64,000 nucleotides of DNA from an uncultured cyanobacterium (GTDB lineage: Bacteria > Cyanobacteriota > Cyanobacteriia > PCC-6307 > Cyanobiaceae). Numbering within the stretch: position 1 is the first letter of the stretch; each line of letters opens with the position of its first letter. The DNA lies in NCBI GenBank assembly GCA_963697335.1, contig CAVONQ010000018.1:192001-256000 (forward strand). Direction: 5' to 3'. The notes beneath the pieces were generated by a model. The model saw nothing but the letters and a program-made list of their open reading frames with translations, made no database searches and was not told the DNA's origin. This document shows positions 12,023 to 25,174 of this stretch, in pieces. Both the position numbers and the translations under genes were made by a program.

Positions 12023-12895
12023 TCAGCACCGCAGGGCGCGGGCGTGGTGCTCGAGGTGGTCGGCGATGAAGCTGGCGATGCAGAAGTAGCTGTGGTCATA
12101 GCCCTGCTGGCGGCGCAGCTCCAGGGGCTGGCCCACGGCCGCCGCCGCCTCGGCGAGGGCCTCCGGATGCAGCTGGTCGTGCAGGAAGGGATCGGCCATG
12201 CCCTGGTCCACCAGGATCGGCAGCGGCGCAGCCTGGTCGGGGCCGATCGCCCGCGCACCCGAGCGCAGCAGGGCGGTGGCATCCCAGGCCTGCCAGGCGC
12301 TGGGATCGGGGCCGAGCAGGTGGCCGAAGGCCTTCTGGCCCCAGCCACAGGCGCAGGGGTGGGCGATCGGCGCGAAGGCCGACACTGCGCAGTAGCGGCC
12401 GGGATGCCGCAGCACCGCCACCAGGGCGCCGTGGCCCCCCATCGAATGGCCACAGAGGCTGCGGCGCCCGCTCAGTGGCAACGCCGCCTCCAGCAGCTCC
12501 GGCAGTTCCTGCACCACGTAGCTGTGCATGCGGTAGTGGTGGCTCCAGGGCGCCTCGGTGGCATCCACGTAGAAGCCGGCGCCGTGGCCGAAATCCCAGC
12601 CGCCATCGGGGTCGCTCGGCACCTCAGGCCCGCGGGGGCTGGTGTCCGGCATCACCAGGGCCAGGCCCAGCTCGGCGGCGCGGCGCTGGGCTCCGGCCTT
12701 CTGGCTGACGTTCTCATCGGTGCAGGTGAGGCCCGACAGCCAATAGACGGCGGGCACCTTTGCCCCCGCCAGGGCCGCGGGGGGCAGGAACACCCCCAGC
12801 GGCATCGAGCAGTTCAGCTGCTCCGAGTGGTGGCGGTAGCGGCGCTGGGAGCCGCCGAAGCAGCGCTGGTCGCTGAGCAGTTCGAGCTGGGCCAC
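12023..12895 (-). CDS. fghA: S-formylglutathione hydrolase
   Basis: WLSGLTC, PDTSPRG, GAGFYVDAT, GHSMGGHGA nucleophile motif, GYDHSY. Confidence 0.97.
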   Translation of the reverse strand: MAQLELLSDQRCFGGSQRRYRHHSEQLNCSMPLGVFLPPAALAGAKVPAVYWLSGLTCTDENVSQKAGAQRRAAELGLALVMPDTSPRGPEVPSDPDGGWDFGHGAGFYVDATEAPWSHHYRMHSYVVQELPELLEAALPLSGRRSLCGHSMGGHGALVAVLRHPGRYCAVSAFAPIAHPCACGWGQKAFGHLLGPDPSAWQAWDATALLRSGARAIGPDQAAPLPILVDQGMADPFLHDQLHPEALAEAAAAVGQPLELRRQQGYDHSYFCIASFIADHLEHHARALRC

Positions 12896-12917
12896 GGCGG
12901 GAGCCTGGGATCAGGGG

Positions 12918-15978
<3,061 letters not shown>

Positions 15979-16262
15979 TGGTCAACCAGGGTCAATGTTC
16001 AACCGGGCCGGCAAGCGCTGAGCATGCTGGGCGCCAATTCGCTCTGGGATTGGCCGTGCAGGAATTGACCCTACAGGAATGGGGCAAGGACAGCGTTGCC
16101 AACTGAGACCGAGCGGTGGACCGCACGACGAGAGGATAGACAGTGGCCGCATCCAGATGCCGCCAGGACGGCAAGCTGGAATGACATGACAATGATCTGA
16201 TGTGGGACTGATGATTGGCTAAATATAGGGTTGAACCATGCGAAAGAGGCAGTCAGATGGAT

Positions 16263-17192
16263 TCATGCAGGATGGGTGTCAAGTTGATGGTCGAACCGAT
16301 CTAAATAGTCAAACATGGCCTTGCTACACAGTGCATGCTTAATAAATGTGCGTTTTAACTTCTCTGGCTTGCACCCGCTTTGACGAGAAGCTGTGATAAT
16401 TTCTTGGCGATTTTCTGGATAAAACTCGTCTAAAGAATTGTAGAAGAACTTGCGAAATCTCTGCGGCAACCTGGCCTCATGGTCGTTCCATGGTTTTTTC
16501 TTGCCGATAAAGTGATAAATGATCGGTTCTGCTAGGTCTGCGAATAGCTTTGACGACCAAGTATACTGCCAATTCCAAATAGGGCTGATCTCGACCCAGC
16601 TTTTATAGAATAAAATGTTGAGCAGTGATTGGTCATTTCTGGGCAGGCTCTCGCCTGGCCGTGTTGCCATGGCAACAGCCTTCTCGAGGTAATTTGAACG
16701 ATTAAAGCTGTCAATATCAATTAGCAATACGCCGGCATTAAAGTATGGTGCGCAAGACAAGCCGCGCTCGCTAAACTCAGGCATCTGCCTTCCTGGTGTC
16801 CGCCATTGCAAATTATCTCGTACTGCACCTATGCACCTGTCTCCTAGGTCGATGTCAAAGATGGGAGATAGTGGCTTGGCAACGATGGTGTCGCTATCAA
16901 GAAATAAGACCTTCTGATATCTGTTCGCAAGTAACGATGGAACTAAGAATCGTAGGTATGTCGCTAGGCCATGTCGACTGCGGCTTCCTAGAGATTCGAA
17001 TGGGTTAGGTTCGTTCGGATGAAGAACTTCTAGATTTGGGATGGAAACTGCTTTGGGTGACTTGCACCCGTCAGAATTCACTATGACGATATCATAATCA
17101 CGGGCCCCTTCTTGTTGGTAGAGGTTGTTGGCCACGCACAGAGCATAGGGAAAATAATTCCTGTCGCAAGCCAAGGCAACTGCATAATTCAT
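16263..17192 (-). CDS. Glycosyltransferase family 8
   Basis: ACDRNY, TYLRF, VLFLDSD (DxD), YFNAGVLLID, NDQSLLN, IYHFIGKKKPW. Confidence 0.95.
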   Translation of the reverse strand: MNYAVALACDRNYFPYALCVANNLYQQEGARDYDIVIVNSDGCKSPKAVSIPNLEVLHPNEPNPFESLGSRSRHGLATYLRFLVPSLLANRYQKVLFLDSDTIVAKPLSPIFDIDLGDRCIGAVRDNLQWRTPGRQMPEFSERGLSCAPYFNAGVLLIDIDSFNRSNYLEKAVAMATRPGESLPRNDQSLLNILFYKSWVEISPIWNWQYTWSSKLFADLAEPIIYHFIGKKKPWNDHEARLPQRFRKFFYNSLDEFYPENRQEIITASRQSGCKPEKLKRTFIKHALCSKAMFDYLDRFDHQLDTHPA

Positions 17193-17359
17193 TGTAGCCG
17201 CTTGAACTGGATGCGAACAGAATGACGTGTCAACGGTTACTTTGGTGAGATCAGATTAGTTCCCTTGCCTGGTCTTAGGTAGAATATGGCCAGCGATCTA
17301 TGTTGCCAAGGATGCCGTGCAGAGATATGTGATGCGATTATAGGATGACACCAGGTTGA

Positions 17360-18277
17360 TCATTCCTGCCTCATGACTCGTCCATTGGGTGCGTTGACAA
17401 GACAGCTTTGACGTGCTGCCAGGACCTGTTCACGGCCTGGTCCGAATTCATGCAAAGTGTAGTGAGTTAGCTTGCGTTCAATCACGTCTCGTATGAATAT
17501 GAATGGAGGATCATCGCCCAAGCGCCGCTTTTGGGATCTCCACTCCTGCAGTTCTTTTCGATTGACATAGAACATGACTAAAACATCTCGGTCAATGGTT
17601 GAAGAAAATCCGTGATAGGAGTTAAAGTGAGGCGCAAAAATACATACGGAATTCTGTTGGTAGAGGGCAGCATAGTGGGGCGCAAGGTTTGAATCGTAGA
17701 GAATAGTGCCATTCATTTTGGCTGCATCTACGTCCACCTGCTCTTTGGGCATGTAAAAGACGAATGATAAATACTTTGGGGGGATGTCGACATGGATATT
17801 CTGGAATCGATTGGCCTGGGTAAAGGTAAATTCAAACTCCTCGTCGTGGATGCCAATGGCATCACATAGATGATCCAGATTGGATGAATAGAACTTTGAG
17901 AGCAGTGTAAACTTCACCCTTGAATCCGAAAATATGGCGCGAACTGCAACGGCGGCTGGATTGCTTGAGCGACTTAAGCTGTGTTTTCGATTGCTAAACT
18001 CTGGATTGTCCTGGTTTCTTGGGCCAAACAGTCCTTTGTCTTTCGTCTCTTGCATGTAGCCAGCGAGCTCGTCATAGAGCTCGGCAGGCAATATTCTTTC
18101 GACGTACAGATTGCCGAATGGGCTGTAGTTTACTGGTGTTTCCTCGATTCTTTTGACCACATAGTCGCAGTAAGTGGCAATAATCGTGTCGGCGTTGATC
18201 CGTGGAGCGGCCATCTCGCTCAACAAATCTTTTGCCAGTGTGAACTTGACCATGGCTCGGGCACTTTCCTGCAGCAT
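17360..18277 (-). CDS. Putative 2-oxoglutarate/Fe(II)-dependent oxygenase
   Basis: HxD (IHVD) followed by LSFVFYMP, GTILY, NS...F, SYHG (distal His) and a downstream Arg (DRDVL). Confidence 0.7.
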   Translation of the reverse strand: MLQESARAMVKFTLAKDLLSEMAAPRINADTIIATYCDYVVKRIEETPVNYSPFGNLYVERILPAELYDELAGYMQETKDKGLFGPRNQDNPEFSNRKHSLSRSSNPAAVAVRAIFSDSRVKFTLLSKFYSSNLDHLCDAIGIHDEEFEFTFTQANRFQNIHVDIPPKYLSFVFYMPKEQVDVDAAKMNGTILYDSNLAPHYAALYQQNSVCIFAPHFNSYHGFSSTIDRDVLVMFYVNRKELQEWRSQKRRLGDDPPFIFIRDVIERKLTHYTLHEFGPGREQVLAARQSCLVNAPNGRVMRQE

Positions 18278-18565
18278 AAAGCAAGATGACTTTCCTGCGC
18301 AAGAGGATTGTTATTCTTGAATCCTTGTTGTCTCCAGAGCAAAGGGTCCCAAGGGATGAGAAGCTGAATGCAGCACGTGCCTGGCCAGACACCACCATCG
18401 GCCTGCTGAAGCTGTTCAGGGCTCCATTGGTGTCATCCTGGGTTGAGTCCCTCTTGGTCGAGCCTGGGCTTGATCAGAGCCACGGCATCCTCGCGCTGCT
18501 TGGCGTCAATCTGCTGAGTCTTGATGGTCCGATTCTATGTTGACTCTGAAAGACAGCACTTGCAT

Positions 18566-19654
18566 TTAATCTTCGTGTAACTTGAACTGATTCAGGAAGG
18601 TATTTATTTCGGCTGTTGGAATATTCAACTCTGGCACCAATTGCGATTGCAGAAGGTCGCGCAGCTTGAGGCGGACATCCTTCCTACGGATGTAGCAGAG
18701 ATTAGTCTTTGTCGCTATGTCCCGAGATCTGTTGTCAATCCCAATGACGATCACCCTTTTGTTGTGCTGCAAGCCGCGAATCGTTCCGTGGAGCCGAGTG
18801 CCAATCACATCCACATTCGTGTTGGCCAGGAAGTTGTCATAGCTTCTGAGGCTGGGCGCGATAATCTTGATATCATCTGTTTCTGTCAGTGACTGTAGAT
18901 AGGCAAGATCACGTGGCTGTTGGGGCCAAAAATATAGATCTTTGTAATTCTCCCTTAAAGCCATGATCATGTCTCTATCCTCTGCGCTCGCTTTGTGCTG
19001 GGTCAAGGTAAAGCACGCTCTCTCTGACTTCTCGGCGGGGTGAGCTGGTATCTTGTCTCTAAACATCCACAGTGTTGGGCATGTGGTGTCGACAGCTTTC
19101 CTGCCGATGCCTTCCAGAATTCGCTTCCCGGATATGTCTCGCGCAGCGTGAAGATGCTGCCTTGATAAAACCTCGTTGAGAAAGTCGGCCTGATTATTCT
19201 CAACTTTTTGAAATGCTTTGTTTGCCCCGACGCCAAATAACACAACCTTTCCCTTCAGCAGGGCGATATCGCTTGATCTCATATGCCATATGTATGGCTT
19301 GTTGGCATGATATCTTGCAGACAATGCATTCGTGCCAACCAGTAAAACTATGTCCGCGTGATTGATTAGCTTTCGAGACGACGGCCCAATTCCGTCATGG
19401 CTTGATGAGGTGGTTATGTAGTAGCTCTTGAATGCCTCCTCGATATAGCCGTATGCAGACTTCATGATTATTTCATCGCCGATGTTGTCTGAGGCTATGG
19501 CTGTGTCCAGGATGTGAACATGAGGGTGGCCCCCCTGCGACAATTCGATTGCGGCCTGGCCGCCTCCGCTTGAGTGAGAAAGTAGTGCCAGGATCTCTCG
19601 CGTTGAATGCAATATAATTCTGCTGACGTCTGTTAGCTTTCTGGTAGCAGCCAT
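18566..19654 (-). CDS. Polysaccharide pyruvyl transferase family protein
   Basis: SDNIGDEII, LFGVG, ARD, CPTLW, GTRLHG, IGIDNR. Start uncertain (ORF open to 19882; domain begins near 19520). Confidence 0.88.
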   Translation of the reverse strand: MAATRKLTDVSRIILHSTREILALLSHSSGGGQAAIELSQGGHPHVHILDTAIASDNIGDEIIMKSAYGYIEEAFKSYYITTSSSHDGIGPSSRKLINHADIVLLVGTNALSARYHANKPYIWHMRSSDIALLKGKVVLFGVGANKAFQKVENNQADFLNEVLSRQHLHAARDISGKRILEGIGRKAVDTTCPTLWMFRDKIPAHPAEKSERACFTLTQHKASAEDRDMIMALRENYKDLYFWPQQPRDLAYLQSLTETDDIKIIAPSLRSYDNFLANTNVDVIGTRLHGTIRGLQHNKRVIVIGIDNRSRDIATKTNLCYIRRKDVRLKLRDLLQSQLVPELNIPTAEINTFLNQFKLHED

Positions 19655-20570
19655 GTGCAGTCCGATTGCCACTTCTTGTTGATTGACCCTATCACATTTA
19701 AGCTGTGTGATTGAGTCGCGGCCTTGTGACCATTCGTCCTCGCCTGGTTCAAGGCGTCTGCCGGGCTTCACGCTGCTCTTTGCTGTGCCATTCGAATCGC
19801 CTCGGTCCGGGTGATGCCCTGCAACCACCTCGGCAGCTCGCAAGCTCGCCGATGCGAGGCCGTCCGCGCTGATCGCACCCAATCACGCAGCACGGAGTCT
19901 GGGGGCCTGCGCTGCTTCTTCACCCGTGAAAACCTGATTCCCAGCGTCACTCCTGTTCCATGCACAAGTGCTGCATCGCCGTTCCATTCGCCTCTTAACG
20001 AGACAAAAGAGTGGGCTGTCAACGGATGTTTCTCCTGGGTCAGATGACGCTCAGGTCAGTAGGGGTTTTGCATGGCTGCAGGGGAGCTCTCTTGGCTTGG
20101 GTTGTGGATTTGTGCACTCCGCTTGTAGCCCCGCAGAGACAGCAATTCCCGAAAATCTTGTGTCATTCACTGAAGCACCAGTTGCCGTACCGAGAAGTCT
20201 TACCAAAGTCAATGAACTGATTTCCCGAGCTCGTGTTGTTTTGGCTCACTCATCCGTGTTGAGATCAAACTCATCGAGTTCACGGGCCTGTCATGGCTTC
20301 ATGGCCCCGGGAGCATCCCGCGGGCGTCACCGTGACGGCTTTGCTGATGGTCCAGGCGTTGGCGGCCACGCTGCGTCAAGCGGGCCTTGGGGTGGCTCTC
20401 CATGGCTCAGTCAGGTCGCGGTTGGTGGGTTGCACCTCAATCCCTATCTGTCTCACGCCTCCGTTGACGATGCGCATCCTGCTGAGATGGAACAACCCGT
20501 CAACAGCCCAATTGGCCTGTTCCCCAAGGGGGAGTGCATGATCTCCACGTTGCCCATGCACTTGAAGGAG

Positions 20571-20601
20571 TCATCCACACCACCTTCGCCGAGGTGGATG
20601 A
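20571..20601 (-). terminator. Hairpin immediately after the GT39 stop codon
   Basis: TCATC...CACCT-TCGCCG-AGGTG-GATGA inverted repeat; no clear U tract. Confidence 0.35.
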
Positions 20602-22209
20602 TCACCTGCTGGATCGCTCCATCATGCCCGCGCTTGTTGATGCAGTCGGCGGGTCCCTCCGGGCAGCGAGGTGACCCAGGCGCCCATCCCCTGCCCTGTC
20701 CGCCGGCCTCAGCCAGGCGTAGCGGATGGTGTAGCGCTTCTGCGGCACCCAGCGCAGGGGCAGGCTGCGCGTGCGCAGCTGGCCAGGCTCCAGCGACAAG
20801 GACCTCAGGCCGGTCAGCATGGCCAGGGTCACGGCGGGGTCGTCGTCCTGGTCGATGAGCACCAGAACCCGGGGCTCGCTGCCCACGGGCAGCGGCGGCC
20901 GACCAGCCCCCTCCTTGGGCGCCTTGGGGGTGAGCACCGGCACGGTTGGAAACACCAGCCTGGCGTTTCCGGCCAGGAGGGAGGAGCTGGCGGCGATCAG
21001 ATCGGGCTGCTGCTGGCCCCCCTGATCGAGCTGCCTCAGCAGCTCAGGCAGGGGGGCGTTTCGGCTGCTCGGGCGACCGGTGAGGCCAGCCAGGGCCGTG
21101 CGGGCCGGCAGCAGCAGGGAGGTGAGCCCGGCAGCGGTGATGGCGCCCACCACCATGGCGCGTTCGCGTCGCCGATCACCCTTGCCAGCCAGGGCAGCCA
21201 GGCTGACTGGTGCGTAGAACAGCAGGGGTTGATACCAGCGGTCCTTGATCTTGCTGGCACCCGTGGTCAGTACGACGGCCAGCATCACACCACCCAGGAC
21301 CAGGGGCAGACGCAGCAGCAGGAGTCGCGAGGGCGTCCCTGGACGGCTGGGCGCCTGGGGTGATGGTCTGCGCCAGAACAGCATCACCGCAGCCAGCCAC
21401 AGCGGGGTCAGAAAGGCCAGGGCGGCGCCGGCGGCGCTGAGCAGACCCGCGAGCCGACTTTCGATACCGTTGGCGAGCTCAAGCTTCTCGATCGCGCCCA
21501 GGGCCAGTGGCCCATTCCCCAGCACCCAGGCCAGGTGGGGCGCGATCAGCATGGTCAGGATCCCCAGAGTCAGAATCAGCGGGGGCCGCAGCAGCACCCG
21601 CCGAAAGGGCCGCAGGCTCAGGGCCGAGATCACCAGGCTCGTCAGGAAGAGGCCGTAGTTGTATTTGCTGAGCAGTCCTGCAGCGGCCAGCAGGCCAAGG
21701 GCGGCGTAGCCAGCAGGGGCGGGTTGCCGCTGAAGCCGCAGCAGTTGCAGCAAGGTCAGTGCCGCCATGCTGGTGGCCAGCACCGTGTGGGTGAGGTCCC
21801 GCTGCGACTCCCAGACGATCTGGGGGATCAGGGTCAAGCCGCTCAGGGCGATCACCTGCTGCCGCGGGCTGAAGGCCAGCTCCCGACCGATTCCCAGCAA
21901 CGCCGCGACCAGCAGGCTGAGCAGGGCCACCTTCAGAACCATCAGGGTCCCGAGCGCTGGTCCGGTGACCAGAAAACTCAGCTTGACGAGATAGGTGTAC
22001 AGGGGTGGTTGGGGGCCGTAGCCCAGTTGCCAGCTCTGGCTCAACAACAGTTGTTCCGCCTGGTCCCGATCGGCCGTTCCCGACACCAGCCACTGACTCA
22101 GCGCATTCAGCAGCAACCAGGCCGTGGCGATCAGCCATAGCCGGTGCTCCACCCGCAGGGTGCTGCCTGCGTGCACCTCAGTCCTGCCAGGCATCGCCGA
22201 TCCAGCCAA
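20602..22209 (-). CDS. Glycosyltransferase family 39/83 integral membrane protein (ArnT/RgtA-like)
   Basis: DQAEQ...WQLGYGPQPPLY, ESQRDLTH, GLLSKYNY, PHLAW, KDRW; many TM helices. Confidence 0.9.
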   Translation of the reverse strand: MAGSAMPGRTEVHAGSTLRVEHRLWLIATAWLLLNALSQWLVSGTADRDQAEQLLLSQSWQLGYGPQPPLYTYLVKLSFLVTGPALGTLMVLKVALLSLLVAALLGIGRELAFSPRQQVIALSGLTLIPQIVWESQRDLTHTVLATSMAALTLLQLLRLQRQPAPAGYAALGLLAAAGLLSKYNYGLFLTSLVISALSLRPFRRVLLRPPLILTLGILTMLIAPHLAWVLGNGPLALGAIEKLELANGIESRLAGLLSAAGAALAFLTPLWLAAVMLFWRRPSPQAPSRPGTPSRLLLLRLPLVLGGVMLAVVLTTGASKIKDRWYQPLLFYAPVSLAALAGKGDRRRERAMVVGAITAAGLTSLLLPARTALAGLTGRPSSRNAPLPELLRQLDQGGQQQPDLIAASSSLLAGNARLVFPTVPVLTPKAPKEGAGRPPLPVGSEPRVLVLIDQDDDPAVTLAMLTGLRSLSLEPGQLRTRSLPLRWVPQKRYTIRYAWLRPADRAGDGRLGHLAARRDPPTASTSAGMMERSSR

Positions 22210-23059
22210 CCGGCATCACGAACTGGCGCAGGTGCTGCAAGGGATGGGGGCTGGCCAGGGCCGCCGCGATGTGGCGGCGGCGCCCTGCGTAGGCCGGGCT
22301 GTCGGCTTCCCAGCGCCCAGCCATGGCCTCCCCGGGATTCGGCCCTCCAGGGAAGGTCACCACGCGGGCCTTGCGGGGACGGTGTGCCGGCCGCAGGTAG
22401 CGCAATGGCAGAGGCCCCAGGCAGTGGAGGCGGAAATGGCGGTTCCAGCCGCGGGGCCAGAACCGCAGGGCCTCTCCCACGCAATCGGTGACGAAGTGTT
22501 GCTCCCAGTGGAATCGATCGGCGATGGCCTGGGGATCGGCGATGAACCGTTCCAGGATCTGGGGCCGGGAGCCGATCACGAAGCGGAAGACCGAGGTCTG
22601 CCCCAGGCCGCTGAGGGGCTTGGCCCAGTTGCGCTCCAGCACCACCGCCTCTAGGGGAGCCAGCGTGAAGTAATCGTCTAGGGAGCCGATGATCACCGAG
22701 TCCAGATCGAGGAACAGGGCCTGGCCCGACAGGCCGGCGAGCTCGCTGTTCCAGAGGCTCAGTTTGCGCCACTGGCCGCGGGAGCGCTGGGGCAGATCGC
22801 AGTCCAGCGGGGGGAGCGGCAGACAGACGACCTCGGGGCGGATCCGGTCGGCATCGTCGGTGAAACAGACCAGTCGGAATGGGCCGCTGAGATGGCGTGC
22901 CACCATTCCGTAGAGCTTGTTGACATATTCGGGGCCGTACTTACACCCCCATTTCATGCAGAGGATCTGCCTGGTTTCCCCCTCTGCCTCTGCGGTTGTG
23001 GGCTCGGGTTCCAGGCCTGCTTGGCTACCCAATCCCGCCTGCATCTGCATATTTTGCAT
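22178..23059 (-). CDS. Putative glycosyltransferase (GT-A fold, CMKWG family)
   Basis: ILCMKWG.KYGPEYVNKL, CFTD, WRKL, LFLDLD (DxD), EQ.F, F.G.P.P. Confidence 0.85.
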   Translation of the reverse strand: MQNMQMQAGLGSQAGLEPEPTTAEAEGETRQILCMKWGCKYGPEYVNKLYGMVARHLSGPFRLVCFTDDADRIRPEVVCLPLPPLDCDLPQRSRGQWRKLSLWNSELAGLSGQALFLDLDSVIIGSLDDYFTLAPLEAVVLERNWAKPLSGLGQTSVFRFVIGSRPQILERFIADPQAIADRFHWEQHFVTDCVGEALRFWPRGWNRHFRLHCLGPLPLRYLRPAHRPRKARVVTFPGGPNPGEAMAGRWEADSPAYAGRRRHIAAALASPHPLQHLRQFVMPVGWIGDAWQD

Positions 23060-23071
23060 CTTAACGCCAGC

Positions 23072-24511
23072 TCAGGCCGCCAGGTTGCGGAAGCGGGTGA
23101 ACTGGGGTTCGAACAGCAGTTTCACCGTGCCCACCGGGCCGTTGCGGTGCTTGGTGACGATCACCTCGGTGATGCCGCGGTCGGGGGTTTCGGGGTTGTA
23201 GTACTCGTCCCGGTAGATCATCAGCACCAGGTCGGCGTCCTGCTCGATCGAGCCCGATTCACGCAGGTCGCTGAGCATCGGCCGCTTGTTGGTGCGACTC
23301 TCCACCCCCCGGCTGAGCTGGGAGAGGGCCATCACCGGCACGTTGAGCTCCCGGGCCATGCCCTTGAGGCCCCGGGTGATGCGGGAGAGCTCCTGCACCC
23401 GGTTGTCGGGGGTGGAGCCCTCCATCAGCTGCAGGTAGTCGATCACGATCAGGCCCAGCTCCTTGCCCGATTCCGCCATCAGGCGGCGGCAGAGCGAGCG
23501 CATCTCGAGCACGCCGGCATTGGGCTTGTCATCGATGAACAGGGGGAGCTGGCCGAGGGTGTTGATGCCCTGGCCGAGCAGGGGCCACTCCTCCTGCTGC
23601 AGCCGGCCAGTGCGCAGCCGGCCACTCTCGATGCCCACCTCCATCGACAGCAGCCGGTAGGTGAGCTGCTCCTTGCTCATCTCCAGGCTGAACACACACA
23701 CCGGCAGCTGGTGCAGCTGGGCCACGTTCTTGGCGATGTTGAGCACGATCGAGGTCTTGCCCATGGCCGGGCGGCCGGCCACGATGATCAGGTCGCTGCG
23801 CTGCAGCCCCTGGGTGATGGCGTCCAGGTCGTAGAAGTTCACCGGGATGCCCGCCACCGAGGTGCCCAGGGAGCGGCTCTCGATCTCGTTGAAGGTGCTG
23901 GTGAGGATCTCGGCGGTGGGGGTGAGGCCCTGGCTGGGTTTTTCCTGGCTGATCGCGAAGATCTTCTGCTCGGCCTCATCGAGCACCTGATCCATCGGCT
24001 TGCCCTGATCGAAGCCGAGCTGGATCACTTCGTTGCCGGAGCGGATCAGCCGGCGCCGCAGGAACTTGTCCATCACCAGGCGGGCCACCTGGTCGATCGA
24101 GGCGGTGGACATGGTGCGCTCCACCAGTTCCACCAGGCGGCTGCTGCCGCCCACCTTCTCCAGCAGGCCGGTGTCCGCCAGCCAGGCGGTCATGGCGGTG
24201 AGGTCGGTGGGCTTGCCCTGGCTGTGCAACATCAAGGCGGTGCGGTAGATCTCCCGGTGGGCTCCTAGATAGAAGGCCTCGGGCTGGAGCACGTCAGCGA
24301 CGCGGCTGATGGCGTCGGGATCGAGCAGCACGCCCCCCAGCACCGCCTCTTCCGCCTCCAGGTTCTGGGGGGGCACCGAGTCGGGCAGGGCCTCGAAGCT
24401 GGCCTCATCCCGCAGCCGTCCCCGCCGCGGAGCTGGCCGCACCGGAGCGAGGTCGGCATCGCCGCCTGGATGGCCGTCGGGATCGCGCTCTGAGAGAGGC
24501 AGGCTCACCAT
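23072..24511 (-). CDS. dnaB: Replicative DNA helicase (no intein)
   Basis: PPQNLEAE, GRPAMGKT, SLEMS, IDYLQL, SQLSR, DLRESGSIEQDAD, KHRNGP. Confidence 0.99.
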   Translation of the reverse strand: MVSLPLSERDPDGHPGGDADLAPVRPAPRRGRLRDEASFEALPDSVPPQNLEAEEAVLGGVLLDPDAISRVADVLQPEAFYLGAHREIYRTALMLHSQGKPTDLTAMTAWLADTGLLEKVGGSSRLVELVERTMSTASIDQVARLVMDKFLRRRLIRSGNEVIQLGFDQGKPMDQVLDEAEQKIFAISQEKPSQGLTPTAEILTSTFNEIESRSLGTSVAGIPVNFYDLDAITQGLQRSDLIIVAGRPAMGKTSIVLNIAKNVAQLHQLPVCVFSLEMSKEQLTYRLLSMEVGIESGRLRTGRLQQEEWPLLGQGINTLGQLPLFIDDKPNAGVLEMRSLCRRLMAESGKELGLIVIDYLQLMEGSTPDNRVQELSRITRGLKGMARELNVPVMALSQLSRGVESRTNKRPMLSDLRESGSIEQDADLVLMIYRDEYYNPETPDRGITEVIVTKHRNGPVGTVKLLFEPQFTRFRNLAA

Positions 24512-24660
24512 GGTTGGATCTCCTGCTGGGGGGCCGGCAGGCAGGCCTGGGGGTGCTGGGCTGGAGGCCGCATCGGGCTACCGCAGGCTGGTTGGGGCCG
24601 GCCAGTCCCTGGGGCGCTGGCGGCAGTGGGTGCCCATTCTGGCCTGCCTGGGCCGGGCGC

Positions 24661-25119
24661 TCAGTGGCTGATCACTTCGAGGTTGATCTCGGCCGTCACC
24701 TCGGGGTGCAGCTTCACCTGCACCTTGTAGGAGCCGGTGCGATGGATGTCGGGCACCGTGATGTCGCGGCGGTCCACATCTTTCTTGGTGGCTGCTTCGA
24801 TGGCCTCGGCCACGTCGCCGTTGGTGACGGTGCCGAACAGCACGTCATCACCGCCGGTCTGCTTCTTCACGGTGAAGCGGCCGATCGTGGCCAGGGCGGT
24901 GCGGAAGGCCTCGGCCTCGGCCCGCAGGGCCGCCTGGCGCTCGGCCTCCTTGGCTCGGCGGGCCTCCACCTGCCGCAGCACGGCTCGGGTGAGGGGAACG
25001 GCCTTGCCGGTGGGGACGAGGAAATTACGGGCGTAGCCAGGGGCCACCTCCACCAGATCGCCCCCCTTGCCCAGGCTGAGGACGTCTTCGCTGAGAACGA
25101 CTTGAACGCGCTTGGCCAT
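24661..25119 (-). CDS. rplI: 50S ribosomal protein L9
   Basis: [32 protein letters not shown]. Confidence 0.99.
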   Translation of the reverse strand: MAKRVQVVLSEDVLSLGKGGDLVEVAPGYARNFLVPTGKAVPLTRAVLRQVEARRAKEAERQAALRAEAEAFRTALATIGRFTVKKQTGGDDVLFGTVTNGDVAEAIEAATKKDVDRRDITVPDIHRTGSYKVQVKLHPEVTAEINLEVISH

Positions 25120-25174
25120 GGGAAAAGGAGAAGGAATCTGGTCGCGAGCCGATCCAGCAGCCTACGCGACGGGC

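Noticed and set aside
18286..18543. 85-aa plus-strand ORF in the island, and ORF 19968-20858
   Set aside because: No motifs, opposite to the cassette orientation, and composition not protein-like.
23072..24511. Possible intein in DnaB
   Set aside because: The protein is 479 aa and colinear with intein-free DnaB; no splice motifs.
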